NCBI GenBank assembly: GCA_022839105.1
Contig: JALHDH010000022.1
Span: 1,405-65,404, forward strand
DNA: 64,000 bases
From: a bacterium
Lineage (GTDB): Bacteria; Vulcanimicrobiota; Xenobia; Xenobiales; Xenobiaceae
Reading direction: 5' to 3'
Within the stretch, counting starts at the first letter, position 1, and every line of letters begins with the position of its first letter. Shown here in pieces: positions 38,402 to 47,667 of this stretch. The translations under genes were made by a program, and so were the position numbers. The notes beneath the pieces are model-generated. The model had not been told where the DNA came from and did not search any database. It was given only the letters and a program-made list of their open reading frames with translations.

Positions 38402-38764
38402 CTAGGTCTCGAACTCGCCGGCCTGCCCGGAGCGCGGTTCCGGCGAAGGGATCTGGTCGGGAGGCAGGTAGTCGAGTTGCCCGGGCGGGGGAGTCGGGAC
38501 CCTTGCAGGGGTGGATATCCGGTTCGGCTCGTCGGGCGGGTCTTGCAGGCGGGCGGGCGGAACCGACTCGGGGTTCCCGCCCCGGACTTCCTGGTCTGGA
38601 GGCGGCGCGGTCGCGGGGACCCGGCTGGGATGCCCTGAAGACCCGGGTTTCCCCTCCAGGCCGGCAAGCCACAGGATTCCGGCCGCGACGGCCAGGATCA
38701 GGAGGAACAGGATGGCGGAGGCCACCCGGTTCACCTTGCGGATCTGTTCGCCCGTGGTGGTCAT
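38402..38764 (-). CDS. Small membrane-anchored Pro-rich protein
   Basis: One N-terminal TM helix, RBS GGAGGT, last gene of the pilin operon. Confidence 0.65.
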   Translation of the reverse strand: MTTTGEQIRKVNRVASAILFLLILAVAAGILWLAGLEGKPGSSGHPSRVPATAPPPDQEVRGGNPESVPPARLQDPPDEPNRISTPARVPTPPPGQLDYLPPDQIPSPEPRSGQAGEFET

Positions 38765-38768
38765 GGGT

Positions 38769-39377
38769 CTACCTCCCCAACACGAAGACCTGGGTGTTCA
38801 ACTGGGCCACATCCTTGCCCCGGGTGCAGGAGATCTCGAGGTCGAAGAGATCGGGGGCCCTCCAGGTCGCCTGCAGGCTGGCCGAGTCGACGCTGGCCAG
38901 GACTCCGTCCACGGTGGATGCGACCGAGCCCGAAGAGGTCCAGGTCTTGATCTCGCGACGGACCGTGCCCCCCACCACGTAGTAGCGGACCGTCCGATAA
39001 TAGCTGGGGTCCTCCGGATCGAAGGAGGAGTTGAGCGGGTCGTAGCGGGCCGGATCCGGCTCGGTGAAGACCAGTTCGCTGGCGATGGGAGAGTTGGCAT
39101 TGGGGACCAGCACGGCCGTGGGATCGACCGGAGGCTGGAGCCCGCGATAACCGGTCGAGGTGGAGCCGGGGGCCGGGTTGGGGACCCCCTGGCGCAGTTC
39201 GTTGGCCATCGTCCCTGTGACCAGCCGGCAGGAGGACACGGCATCCACGGTCGAGGAGATGGTCCGCCAGTAGCCCAGGGTCAGGTTCAGCCCCGCCAGG
39301 GCCGTGGTGGCGAAAAGGCCGAAGAGGGCCACGACGACCACGATCTCGGAAAGGCTCAAGGCACGGGGACGGCGCAT
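38769..39377 (-). CDS. Minor type IV pilin/pseudopilin (PilW/GspJ-like)
   Basis: Prepilin motif RA|LSLSEIVVVVALFG. Confidence 0.8.
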   Translation of the reverse strand: MRRPRALSLSEIVVVVALFGLFATTALAGLNLTLGYWRTISSTVDAVSSCRLVTGTMANELRQGVPNPAPGSTSTGYRGLQPPVDPTAVLVPNANSPIASELVFTEPDPARYDPLNSSFDPEDPSYYRTVRYYVVGGTVRREIKTWTSSGSVASTVDGVLASVDSASLQATWRAPDLFDLEISCTRGKDVAQLNTQVFVLGR

Positions 39378-39391
39378 GGGGAGCACTCCTC

Positions 39392-39841
39392 TCAAGGCAA
39401 TCTCTCGATGGCACCGGTGCTGGCGTGCAGCTTCCAGCGGATCGAATCGTTCGTGGCCGAGCTGCTCAGGGTGACCTGGCGGTCCGCCGGCAGGGTTCCC
39501 GAGCCGCTGAACTCGATCCAGGCCGGAGTGGGCGGCGAGAGCGTGATCTGCAGGTCGCGGTCCATCTCGCGTTGATGGGTCATCTGGGTGCCGACCAGGA
39601 CCTGCCAGCTTCCCTTGGTGGTGGGAGTCGCCTCCTGGAAGAGGATCCGGGTGCCCCCGGCGGCGTTGGGGGCGGCCTGCCTGGCGTTGCGCAGGGCACC
39701 CTCCAGTTCCATGCTGGCGGTGTTCAGGCCACGCCGGGCCAGGGTCCTGTTGCCCCCGATCGTGATCAGGGCCAGCAGGGTGGACCCGATCAGGAGGGCC
39801 AGCACGATCTCGATGACGGTGAAACCTCGGTCTCTTTTCAT
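39392..39841 (-). CDS. Minor type IV pilin/pseudopilin (FimU/GspH-like)
   Basis: MKRDRG|FTVIEIVLALLIG; LRNARQAA; IEFSGSG. Confidence 0.85.
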   Translation of the reverse strand: MKRDRGFTVIEIVLALLIGSTLLALITIGGNRTLARRGLNTASMELEGALRNARQAAPNAAGGTRILFQEATPTTKGSWQVLVGTQMTHQREMDRDLQITLSPPTPAWIEFSGSGTLPADRQVTLSSSATNDSIRWKLHASTGAIERLP

Positions 39842-40130
39842 GATCCTCCCAAAGACCCCCGATCGATCAGGCTCTGGATCTGCAGGTTCCCGGTGGTCGG
39901 GAAGTTCAGGGGGGGCGAATACCTGGCCCCCGATTTCCACCTGACGCGCGGTAGAGGTGTCCAGGGTGGCCACCGTCCGGGCGCCGAAGCCGACCAGGGT
40001 CCGGGGGGGAGAATTCGGTCGCCCAGGGGGAGGATCGGGGGACCGGGTTCTCCACCCTGGGTTCTGGGCCGGTTCGGCCAGAGGGTGGAGGGAGATCCGG
40101 AAAGCCCGTGGATTTCGGATTCGCGATCAT
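39838..40130 (-). pseudogene. Degenerate pilin-locus remnant containing the 3' end of a second pilX paralog
   Basis: 39838-39915 encodes PPLNFPTTGNLQIQSLIDRGSLGGS*, 21/25 identical to the end of 40523-41854, with no in-frame start; 40130 begins MIANPKSTGF (prepilin-like leader) then loses the hydrophobic helix. Confidence 0.7.
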
Positions 40131-40492
40131 GGAACCAGGGCGGATTCCAGGCGGACCTGGTGGGGGCGCCCTTGCTCCATCCAGGTCAGGACCACCTCGA
40201 CGCGCTGGACATCCGGGCAGCCCGGGACCGGGCCTCCCCGCCACTGGCGGCTCATGCTGAGATCTCCGAGCGGATGGTCGCTCTCGGGCGTGTTGGCCAG
40301 CCTCTGGCCCTGCTTGAGCAGGAAGTCCATCTTCTGCTCGGCCAGATACAGCGCCTGGGTAGAGAGGGTTGAGCACTTCTGGAGGCGTGCGGCCGCGGGC
40401 ATGCAGCCCAGGAGGGCCAGCAGGGCCGCCGCCAGCACCCCGAAGGCCACCACCACCTCGAGCATCGAGAGCCCGGACGATCGCTTTGGCAA
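40127..40492 (-). CDS. Minor type IV pilin/pseudopilin (PilV/GspI-like)
   Basis: KRSSG|LSMLEVVVAFGVL; ALYLAEQKMD; VEVVLTW; TTG after GGAGGT (alternative ATG 40516). Confidence 0.82.
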   Translation of the reverse strand: MPKRSSGLSMLEVVVAFGVLAAALLALLGCMPAAARLQKCSTLSTQALYLAEQKMDFLLKQGQRLANTPESDHPLGDLSMSRQWRGGPVPGCPDVQRVEVVLTWMEQGRPHQVRLESALVP

Positions 40493-40522
40493 GACGACAC
40501 CTCCCAAGGTCGGCATGCGGGA

Positions 40523-41854
40523 TCAGGCCCCCCCCAGCGAGCCGTGGTCGATCAGGCTGCGGATCTCCAGGTTGCCGGTGGTGGGGAAGTTCAAAGGAGG
40601 GGTATTGGCCAGTTTCTTGTCATACACGTAGTTCTTGGAGTAGCCGGTCTGGATCGTCGAACCGCTGATGGTGCCGACTGGGCCGCGCCGAGCCTGGATG
40701 ATCCCGCCGTACACGTTCAGGATTCCCCGGTAACGACCCGAGTCGTAGCCGGCCACGCGGAAGGAGCCGTTCAGGGCTATCATCACGGCGTGGATATGGC
40801 GGTCCTGTTGGGTCGTGGTCGAGGACTCGACCACCAGGTCCTTTTGTCCGACCAGTCCCAGGACGTCGCGGGTGGGATTGGCATAGACCAGGTCGCCGTT
40901 CAGGTGGATCGTGTCGGTCGAGCCGAAGGTCACCCGCCCTCGAACCCTTCCGCTCACCCAGGCCTCTCCATCCACGAAGAAGGTGACGCCGGGGAGGGTG
41001 TCGGTCCGCCGGGTCTCGACGTTCACCCAGGAGCTGCCCGACTTGCGTCGGACCAGCACCGTCCCGTCCTCACGGAACTGGAACTCGTGGGCGCCTTTGT
41101 AGGAGCGGTCGGCCCGTCTCTGGATCTCGCCGGTGTCGGCGGGAAGGGGGATCCTGGTCTGGCCTCCGGCAAACGAGAAGTCGGGGCTGGAGTCTAGGGC
41201 CTCGGGGAAGTCGGTGGCGTAGTTGGTCTGGGTCCGGTAGAACCGGCTGGGTCGATATTGGACTCCTTCCTGCCGGTAGGAGAACCTGCCCGAGTCGTAG
41301 AGGCTGTCCCCGGTGTTGGCCGAGGTCATCCGCGAGGCAAAGCGCGGGCGTCCGGCAATCGAGAAGTAGCCGTTGGTGTGCACCGCGCCGTCGATTTCGT
41401 CCCGGGTGGCGAAGAAGATGGGGGTGTTCGCCGTGGAGAATTCCTGGTCGGTGAAGTAGGCGAACCGGGCAAAGGACTCCAGGGCGACGGTGGCGCTGAG
41501 AGTCCGAAGGGCCCCTTGGGATGTGCCGGTGGAGGTGATCCTCCACAGCTTGTCGGGCTCGGTCTGGTTGTTTGCCGAGGGAACGACCCGAACCGAGTAG
41601 GTCGCGGAGCCGGGGTCGTCCGAGAGGCTCCCGGTTCCCGAGGTCCAGCCGAAATCGTAGGAGAGCCGGGCCATGGCCACGGCGATGCCGGCCCGGGCCG
41701 CGTACATGGCCTGGGAGGAACGTTCATTCTCGCGGGCCGTCCTGGAATCCAAGGTGGCCACGCTGAGGGAACCATAGCTCAGGGTCGCCAGGATCAGGAT
41801 CAGGAAGAGGGCCATGGCCAGGGCGAATCCGCGGGACCTGGGACTTGGCCTCAT
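40523..41854 (-). CDS. PilX-like minor pilin with large C-terminal domain
   Basis: RSRG|FALAMALFLILIL without Glu5; QAMYAARAGIAVA; GAVHTNG; start 41854 or 41860. Confidence 0.85.
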   Translation of the reverse strand: MRPSPRSRGFALAMALFLILILATLSYGSLSVATLDSRTARENERSSQAMYAARAGIAVAMARLSYDFGWTSGTGSLSDDPGSATYSVRVVPSANNQTEPDKLWRITSTGTSQGALRTLSATVALESFARFAYFTDQEFSTANTPIFFATRDEIDGAVHTNGYFSIAGRPRFASRMTSANTGDSLYDSGRFSYRQEGVQYRPSRFYRTQTNYATDFPEALDSSPDFSFAGGQTRIPLPADTGEIQRRADRSYKGAHEFQFREDGTVLVRRKSGSSWVNVETRRTDTLPGVTFFVDGEAWVSGRVRGRVTFGSTDTIHLNGDLVYANPTRDVLGLVGQKDLVVESSTTTQQDRHIHAVMIALNGSFRVAGYDSGRYRGILNVYGGIIQARRGPVGTISGSTIQTGYSKNYVYDKKLANTPPLNFPTTGNLEIRSLIDHGSLGGA

Positions 41855-42069
41855 GTGCATACCTCCACTCTCCTCAGCCTAGCCGGCACCGGGGAAGGGC
41901 CGGAACTGCCCGCGGTTGGAGGATCTGGCCAACTCTCGTTGGCTCTTGCGCGATCGGAGTTCGGTCGGGTCTCCATCCTGGGTTGGGGGGCGCCCTTGGA
42001 CCCTGGGGTGGAGGCCGGATCCAGCCTGGGGGGGAAGCCCTGGCGCGCCGTCTGGGCTAGGCTGGAGGG

Positions 42070-43116
42070 GTGATCCCCTGCAGAGACTCGCAACCCTCCT
42101 CCGGGGTCCTTCTGGGAGCCGCGCTGCTGGCGCTGGTGGTGGGCCTGACCCTGAACCTGGTGGGCCTCCAGACCCGGAAGGCCGAGGCCACCGCCAGCGT
42201 CGAGGCCCTGATGGCCGCCCGGAAGCTGCGTCATGGGGAGGCTCCCCGCCGACTTCCCGCCCTGCCCGGGGCGGTCGAACTCGAACTGGAGGCGCTGCAG
42301 GGGTCTGAACTCGAGTTCGGGCGGGCCCTGGATCGCTATGAGACCGAGGCCCTGATTCGGCTTCTGGATGCCTGGTCCGGCCGGGCCAGGCTCGGGACGC
42401 TGGCGCTGGGGAGCCTGGCCCTGGGGATCCTCCTCCTCCTGGTCGATCTGGTGCGCTGGATATGGTTTCAGGCCGTCGAACCGACCGCCCCTCCCGAGAG
42501 GACCGAATCCCTCGAGTCCTCGGGTTTCTCCGGCGGAGGTGGAGACGAGGACCTCGAGGCTCTCGTCGGCGCCCTGCCGCTGGCGGTGCTGCTCCTGGAC
42601 CCGCAGGGGCGGGTGGATTTCGCCAACCCGGCGGCGGAGGAGTTGTTGGGAATCCCCTGTCATCGGTTGCTTGGGCAGGAGGTTCCGCTGCTCCATTCAG
42701 CAGGCGACCTGGAAGGGGATCCGGGCGATCCGCGTCGCCTGGGAGGCTCGGGCTGGCATCCGCCGGGTCGGCCGGAGCGGGGCCTCCGGGTCCGGAGCCT
42801 GGAACTGGAGCATCGGGGCCGGGTCGCCCTGCTCGTGCAGCCCGAGGAGCCGGGACGGGTGCCCGACGCAGAAGGCCCGGCTCGCTCGACGCCGCCCGGG
42901 CTGGGGGAGCTGACTCTTCGAGAGACGGAGATCTTCGAGATGATCGTCCAGGGATTGAGCAATCGGGAGATCGCCGAACGGCTGGTCATCTCGGAGGGGA
43001 CCGTGAAGTCCCACGTCAACCGGCTTCTCCGCAAGCTGGATCTCCGCAACCGGGTCCAGGTCCTGCTCTATGCGGCCAGCCACGACCTGCTCAGCGACCG
43101 GGAGGTGCCCGTATGA
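42070..43116 (+). CDS. Membrane-bound PAS + LuxR/NarL-type HTH transcriptional regulator
   Basis: Two TM helices, PAS (VLLLDPQGRVDFANPAAEELLG), C-terminal LTLRETEI...GLSNREIAERLVISEGTVKSHV. Confidence 0.88.
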   Translation: MIPCRDSQPSSGVLLGAALLALVVGLTLNLVGLQTRKAEATASVEALMAARKLRHGEAPRRLPALPGAVELELEALQGSELEFGRALDRYETEALIRLLDAWSGRARLGTLALGSLALGILLLLVDLVRWIWFQAVEPTAPPERTESLESSGFSGGGGDEDLEALVGALPLAVLLLDPQGRVDFANPAAEELLGIPCHRLLGQEVPLLHSAGDLEGDPGDPRRLGGSGWHPPGRPERGLRVRSLELEHRGRVALLVQPEEPGRVPDAEGPARSTPPGLGELTLRETEIFEMIVQGLSNREIAERLVISEGTVKSHVNRLLRKLDLRNRVQVLLYAASHDLLSDREVPV

Positions 43117-44336
43117 GGAGATCTCGTCACGCGGCCCGGCGTGGCTTCGCCATGGTCCTGGTCCTCTCTTTGTTGCTGGTGCTGGCCCTGACGGCGGGAA
43201 CCCTGATGTTGCGCCAGTCGGCCGGTCGGCGGGCCCTGGTCCACGGGCTGGCCCGGATTTCCCTGCGCCACCAGGCCCTGGGGCATCTCAGCCGGGTCCT
43301 GGACCGGGTGCGCCAGGGCGAGTCTCCCTCCCGGGCGGCAGCCTGGCTCAGCGAGACCGAGGGTCTGGATTGCCGCTTCGTCGGGGGGCGTTTCCTCCTG
43401 GACTGCGAGGAGGCAGGAGTCCTGCTGGCCCGCCTGGAGAGCCGCGCCTATGGCCACGTGCTCTTCGGGGCCGCGTTGGACCTGCGGGGAGGCGAGGGAG
43501 GCTTCAAGGCCGACGACCCCCACGCTCCTGCCCTGGGACAGCCTCCTGAACCGGATTCGGAATGCCTCGAGTTGTGGAGGTCGAGGGCCTCGGAGGACGG
43601 GATCCTGCTGAAAGTGCGTCCCGAAGACTGCCGCTTCCAGCCCGGGGGAGGTCTCTGGCAGGTTGGAGTCTGGGAGGGCAGGCCCAGCCAACTCTATCTG
43701 GGAGGAGGCCGAGGGGAGGCCTTGGGCTGGGTCCCTGGTGCGCATCGCTGGACCTTGCAGGGGAAGACCTGGGCCTGCTCGACCGGAGAGGAACTGCTCT
43801 GGCAGGATGGCACCTGGGTGCTTCGCCGAGGGGGAACCCTGCTCGGCTCCGTGCTGGTCGAGGGAGCCCACCTGAGAATCGAGAAGGATCTGCGCCTGGA
43901 CGGCGGACTCGTCGTCTGGGGGGGAGGGCTGGAGATTCAGCGCGGTGAGTTGGGAGCCCACCCCGGGCCGACCTCGACCCTGGCGGTCGCGGTCCTCCGG
44001 GGAGCCCCCGGTGCCGGCGAGCTGCCGTCCTGGAACCAGGACCGGAATCTCCGTCCGGGCGACCTGGTCCTGGCCACCGGCAACGCCCGCCTGAGCGTGG
44101 GGGACCCCGAGCGCCCCGAGCAGACCGCGGGCCTGGTCCTGGCCCAGGGACGTCTGGTCCGGGTCGGCGGGGGGGTGAGGCTGGTCGGCGTCGCGGCGGC
44201 CGGTCGGGTGGAAGTCCGCGGGGTTCCCGCCCAGGACCTTCTCTGGAGTGGCCGGGTGTCCCGCCTGCCGCCTGAGGGCTTCGGCGGTGGGGATCTGCTC
44301 CTGAAGGTCGGGCCCGTCGGCTCTCCCGGGTCCTGA
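43113..44336 (+). CDS. Second PilX-like protein (prepilin leader, divergent body)
   Basis: MRRSRHAARRG|FAMVLVLSLLLVL; ATGA overlap with the regulator. Confidence 0.7.
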   Translation: MRRSRHAARRGFAMVLVLSLLLVLALTAGTLMLRQSAGRRALVHGLARISLRHQALGHLSRVLDRVRQGESPSRAAAWLSETEGLDCRFVGGRFLLDCEEAGVLLARLESRAYGHVLFGAALDLRGGEGGFKADDPHAPALGQPPEPDSECLELWRSRASEDGILLKVRPEDCRFQPGGGLWQVGVWEGRPSQLYLGGGRGEALGWVPGAHRWTLQGKTWACSTGEELLWQDGTWVLRRGGTLLGSVLVEGAHLRIEKDLRLDGGLVVWGGGLEIQRGELGAHPGPTSTLAVAVLRGAPGAGELPSWNQDRNLRPGDLVLATGNARLSVGDPERPEQTAGLVLAQGRLVRVGGGVRLVGVAAAGRVEVRGVPAQDLLWSGRVSRLPPEGFGGGDLLLKVGPVGSPGS

Positions 44337-44382
44337 GGTCGGGCCGGGCAGGGTTCTCCGGCGCTCCCGAGAAGCGCGCGCC

Positions 44383-46518
44383 ATGGAACTCGGCAGACTC
44401 CTCGCTGAAAGACTGGGCGTTCGCCCGGCCCAGGTCCAGGCCACCATCGAGTTGCTGGATGCCGGCAATACGGTCCCCTTCATCGCCCGGTATCGCAAGG
44501 AGGTCACCGGGGGGCTGGATGACGAGCAGCTCCGGCGCCTGGAGGAGGGCCTGACCTCGCTCCGAGCCTTGGAGGAGCGGCGGGAAGCGATTCTGCAAGA
44601 GGTGGGCCGACAGGGCCGTCTGACTCCGGAACTCGAAGCGGAGTTCCGCTCGGCTTCCACCCTGACGGCCCTGGAGGATCTGTACCTTCCCTACCGGCCC
44701 CGTCGCCGGACCCGGGCCCAGATGGCCCGAGAGAAGGGGCTCGAGCCCCTGGCTGAGCGGATCATGGCCCAAAAAACCGGAGGCCCTTCCCCCGAGACGG
44801 AGGCGGCGCATTTCCTGACCCCCGAGGTCCCTGGTGTCGAAGAGGCCCTGGCGGGGGCTCGGGACATCGTGGCCGAGAGGATCTCTGAAGACCCCCGGGT
44901 CCGTGGGCCCTTGCGAGAGAAGGCCACGCGCTGGGGGATCCTGGCCACGAAGAAGGCTCCTCGGGGCGAGGATCCCAAGGCGGTCTTCCAGACCTATTAC
45001 GAGTTCACCATTTCGGTGGAGAGGATCCGCCCTCATCAGGTCCTGGCCCTGAACCGAGGTGAGGCCGAAGGCGTCCTGAAGACGGGTCTGGAGGTTCCCG
45101 AGCGCGACTGGAGGGAGTCGATCCAGAACGTCCATCCCGCGGACCGTCGCTCGCCCTGGGCCGGTCAATTCGTCCAGGCCGCCGAGGAGGCCGCCAGCCG
45201 GCTTCTCCTGCCTGCCGTCGAACGCGACGTGCGCCGGCAGTTGACCGAAAAGGCCGAGGAACACGCGATCGGGGTCTTTGCCGAGAATCTCCGCAGCCTG
45301 CTGGGCGGACCGCCTCTTCCCGGGCATGTCGTCCTGGGCCTGGACCCTGGATTCCGCACGGGCTGCAAGCTGGCCGTGGTGGACGCGACCGGTCGCGTCC
45401 TGCAGGCGGGCACCATCCACCCGCATCCCCCCCAGAACCAGCGCCGCGAGGCCCTGGCGATCCTGCGCAGGCTGGTGGGGGAGCATCGGGTGAGCCTGGT
45501 GGCCATCGGCAACGGGACCGCCTCTCGAGAGACCGAGGCCCTGGTGGCGGAACTGGTTCGCGAGGTCGGCGACCTGCACTACGTGATGGTCGATGAGGCC
45601 GGCGCCAGCGTCTACAGCGCAAGCGCCCTGGCCCGGGAGGAACTCCCAGGGATGGACGTGACCCTGCGGGGGGCCGTCTCGATCGCCCGCCGCCTGCAGG
45701 ATCCGCTGGCCGAACTGGTCAAGGTCGAGCCTCGTTCCATCGGGGTCGGGATGTACCAGCATGATCTCAACCAGAATCGTCTGGTTCAGGCTCTGGAGCG
45801 CGTCGTCGAGGACGTGGTCAATCGGGTCGGGGTGGACCTGAACACCGCCTCGCCGGCCCTGCTCACCCACGTAGCCGGTCTGGGCCCCAAGCTGGCCCGG
45901 AGCGTGGTGGCCTGGCGCGATCAGAATGGCCCCTTTGCGCGGCGAAAGGATTTGCTGAAGGTCCCCGGACTGGGTCCGAAGTCCTTCCAGCAGGCGGCCG
46001 GCTTCTTGAGGATCCGGGAAGGGCGCGAGCCCCTGGACGCCACGGCCATCCATCCGGAAAGCTACGAGGTGGCCCGGGCGGTCCTGCAGCGAGCAGGAAT
46101 CTCGACCATGAGCGAGCCTTCACGCAGGGCTGCGGCCCTGGAGGCGCTCCTGCGCTCCACGCCCCTGCCTCGGCTGGCCCACGAGCTTGGAACCGGAGAA
46201 CCGACCCTCTCGGATATCCTCGAGCAACTGGTCCGCCCGGGTCGGGATCCCCGCCAGGATCTGCCGACCCCACTGCTGCGCCGGGATGTGTTGGCATTGG
46301 AGGATCTCCAGCCCGGCATGCGGCTGCACGGGACGGTCCGCAACGTGGTGGACTTCGGGGCCTTCGTGGATATCGGGGTCAAGCAGGACGGTCTGCTGCA
46401 CTCCACCCGGATCCCCCGGGGGGTCGCCGTGCGCCCGGGGGATGTGGTGGAGATCACCGTCCTGCGGGTCGAGGCCGAGCGGGGGCGGATCTCGCTGGGG
46501 TGGGCTGGAGGGGCCTGA
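44383..46518 (+). CDS. tex: Tex transcription accessory protein
   Basis: GNTVPFIARYRKE, DPGFRTGCK, IGNGTASRET, HhH motifs, C-terminal S1 domain. Confidence 0.97.
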   Translation: MELGRLLAERLGVRPAQVQATIELLDAGNTVPFIARYRKEVTGGLDDEQLRRLEEGLTSLRALEERREAILQEVGRQGRLTPELEAEFRSASTLTALEDLYLPYRPRRRTRAQMAREKGLEPLAERIMAQKTGGPSPETEAAHFLTPEVPGVEEALAGARDIVAERISEDPRVRGPLREKATRWGILATKKAPRGEDPKAVFQTYYEFTISVERIRPHQVLALNRGEAEGVLKTGLEVPERDWRESIQNVHPADRRSPWAGQFVQAAEEAASRLLLPAVERDVRRQLTEKAEEHAIGVFAENLRSLLGGPPLPGHVVLGLDPGFRTGCKLAVVDATGRVLQAGTIHPHPPQNQRREALAILRRLVGEHRVSLVAIGNGTASRETEALVAELVREVGDLHYVMVDEAGASVYSASALAREELPGMDVTLRGAVSIARRLQDPLAELVKVEPRSIGVGMYQHDLNQNRLVQALERVVEDVVNRVGVDLNTASPALLTHVAGLGPKLARSVVAWRDQNGPFARRKDLLKVPGLGPKSFQQAAGFLRIREGREPLDATAIHPESYEVARAVLQRAGISTMSEPSRRAAALEALLRSTPLPRLAHELGTGEPTLSDILEQLVRPGRDPRQDLPTPLLRRDVLALEDLQPGMRLHGTVRNVVDFGAFVDIGVKQDGLLHSTRIPRGVAVRPGDVVEITVLRVEAERGRISLGWAGGA

Positions 46519-46531
46519 GGGAGCAGCCGGG

Positions 46532-47386
46532 TCAGTGGGCTCGGAAGAAGCGCAGGACCTTCTCGGGATAGTGGCGCATCTCGCGGTACTTCCCCGCAGC
46601 CCCGTGGCGGTAGATCTCCACGCAGGCCAGGTACAGCGGGGAGTCCTTGGGAGAGGCAGGGTTTCCGACCAGGTTCTCCCACTTACGAGGGTCCAGTCCA
46701 CGCTCCCAGGCCAGGGCCATGGCCCGCAGCACGGTCCCACCCCCGCCGTTGTAGGCCGCCAGGACCAGGGGCCAGGAGTCGTCCTGGGAGGGAGGGCCCA
46801 GGGTCTGGTAGGCCTCGGCGACCCTGGCGGCAAAGAGGCACTCTTCGGGCCGACGGCCCAGCAATTCGTGGTAACGGGCCGGATCGACGATGGCGCGGGC
46901 TTTCTCGGCCAGCACCTTGACCCCCGCGGGCACCGCCAGGTGCGGGTCGTGGGCTGATTGGAGGCAGAGCCCGAAGCGTCGGGCCGTGTCCGGGGTCAAC
47001 TGGACCAGCCCCCTGGCCCCCGTGGCGCTGATGGCCTGGGGGTTGAAGGCGCTTTCGGTGGCGATCACGGACTTGAAGAGGGTCGGGGGGAGGGGGAGCT
47101 GGCGGTGTGGCCAAGCGCTCTGGACCGCGCGCAGGATCGTCTCGTTGTACTGATTCTCGCGGGCACCGAACCCCCAGGCCGTCCGCAGATCGGCGTTCAA
47201 GGGCAGGGGAGGCGGCAACTCTTCCTGGGAGGGGAGGGGCTGGAAGGGGATCAGGAAGACATCTGCGGCAGGGGCCGAGACGGGAACCAGGTGCCGGCCT
47301 TCGGCGTCGGGTTCGTGGCTCAAGGCGGGACGGGCTGCCAGGGTCAGCAATCCTGCTGCCAGCAGGGCCAGGATCTTTCGGCGCAT
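46532..47386 (-). CDS. Exported lytic transglycosylase (SLT domain)
   Basis: IATESAFNPQAIS, GARGLVQL, LAAYNGG; signal peptide. Confidence 0.9.
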   Translation of the reverse strand: MRRKILALLAAGLLTLAARPALSHEPDAEGRHLVPVSAPAADVFLIPFQPLPSQEELPPPLPLNADLRTAWGFGARENQYNETILRAVQSAWPHRQLPLPPTLFKSVIATESAFNPQAISATGARGLVQLTPDTARRFGLCLQSAHDPHLAVPAGVKVLAEKARAIVDPARYHELLGRRPEECLFAARVAEAYQTLGPPSQDDSWPLVLAAYNGGGGTVLRAMALAWERGLDPRKWENLVGNPASPKDSPLYLACVEIYRHGAAGKYREMRHYPEKVLRFFRAH

Positions 47387-47586
47387 CCGGGTCCTCCAGG
47401 AAGAAGTCATGGAACGGCCTTCAAGCCAAGGCGTGCAGGATTCTCGCTCGGGTGGGTTTCTCCCTCCTGGATTCCAGGAGGGCTCTCTCTGGGGGTGGGG
47501 CGAAGACTGGGACTCCCGGGGGGCGTCCTCGGTCAGGTCGTGGGCGCGTCGTGCCCAGGCGGGGGCTCCCGGGAGCGGCGACCAGG

Positions 47587-47617
47587 TTGACAGGTAAGAA
47601 CTGAGAATCTATTATCA
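47587..47617 (+). promoter_or_regulatory. Promoter with overlapping Fur-family (Fur/Zur)-like operator upstream of the merC-like gene
   Basis: TTGACA-17 nt-TATTAT; imperfect inverted repeat TGAGAAT-CT-ATTATCA in an AT-rich patch. Confidence 0.65.
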
Positions 47618-47667
47618 TCTGGCCGGGCCGCTGGTTCCGGCGCTTGCCAGAAAGGACCCGGAATCCC

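Noticed and set aside
39842-39973. N-terminal extension of the FimU-like ORF (track start 39973)
   Set aside because: The prepilin leader and RBS point to ATG 39841; the upstream part is the out-of-frame pilX remnant
39838-40600. DGR template/variable repeat pair or shufflon
   Set aside because: Mismatches are mostly synonymous and not adenine-specific; no reverse transcriptase or recombinase in the window
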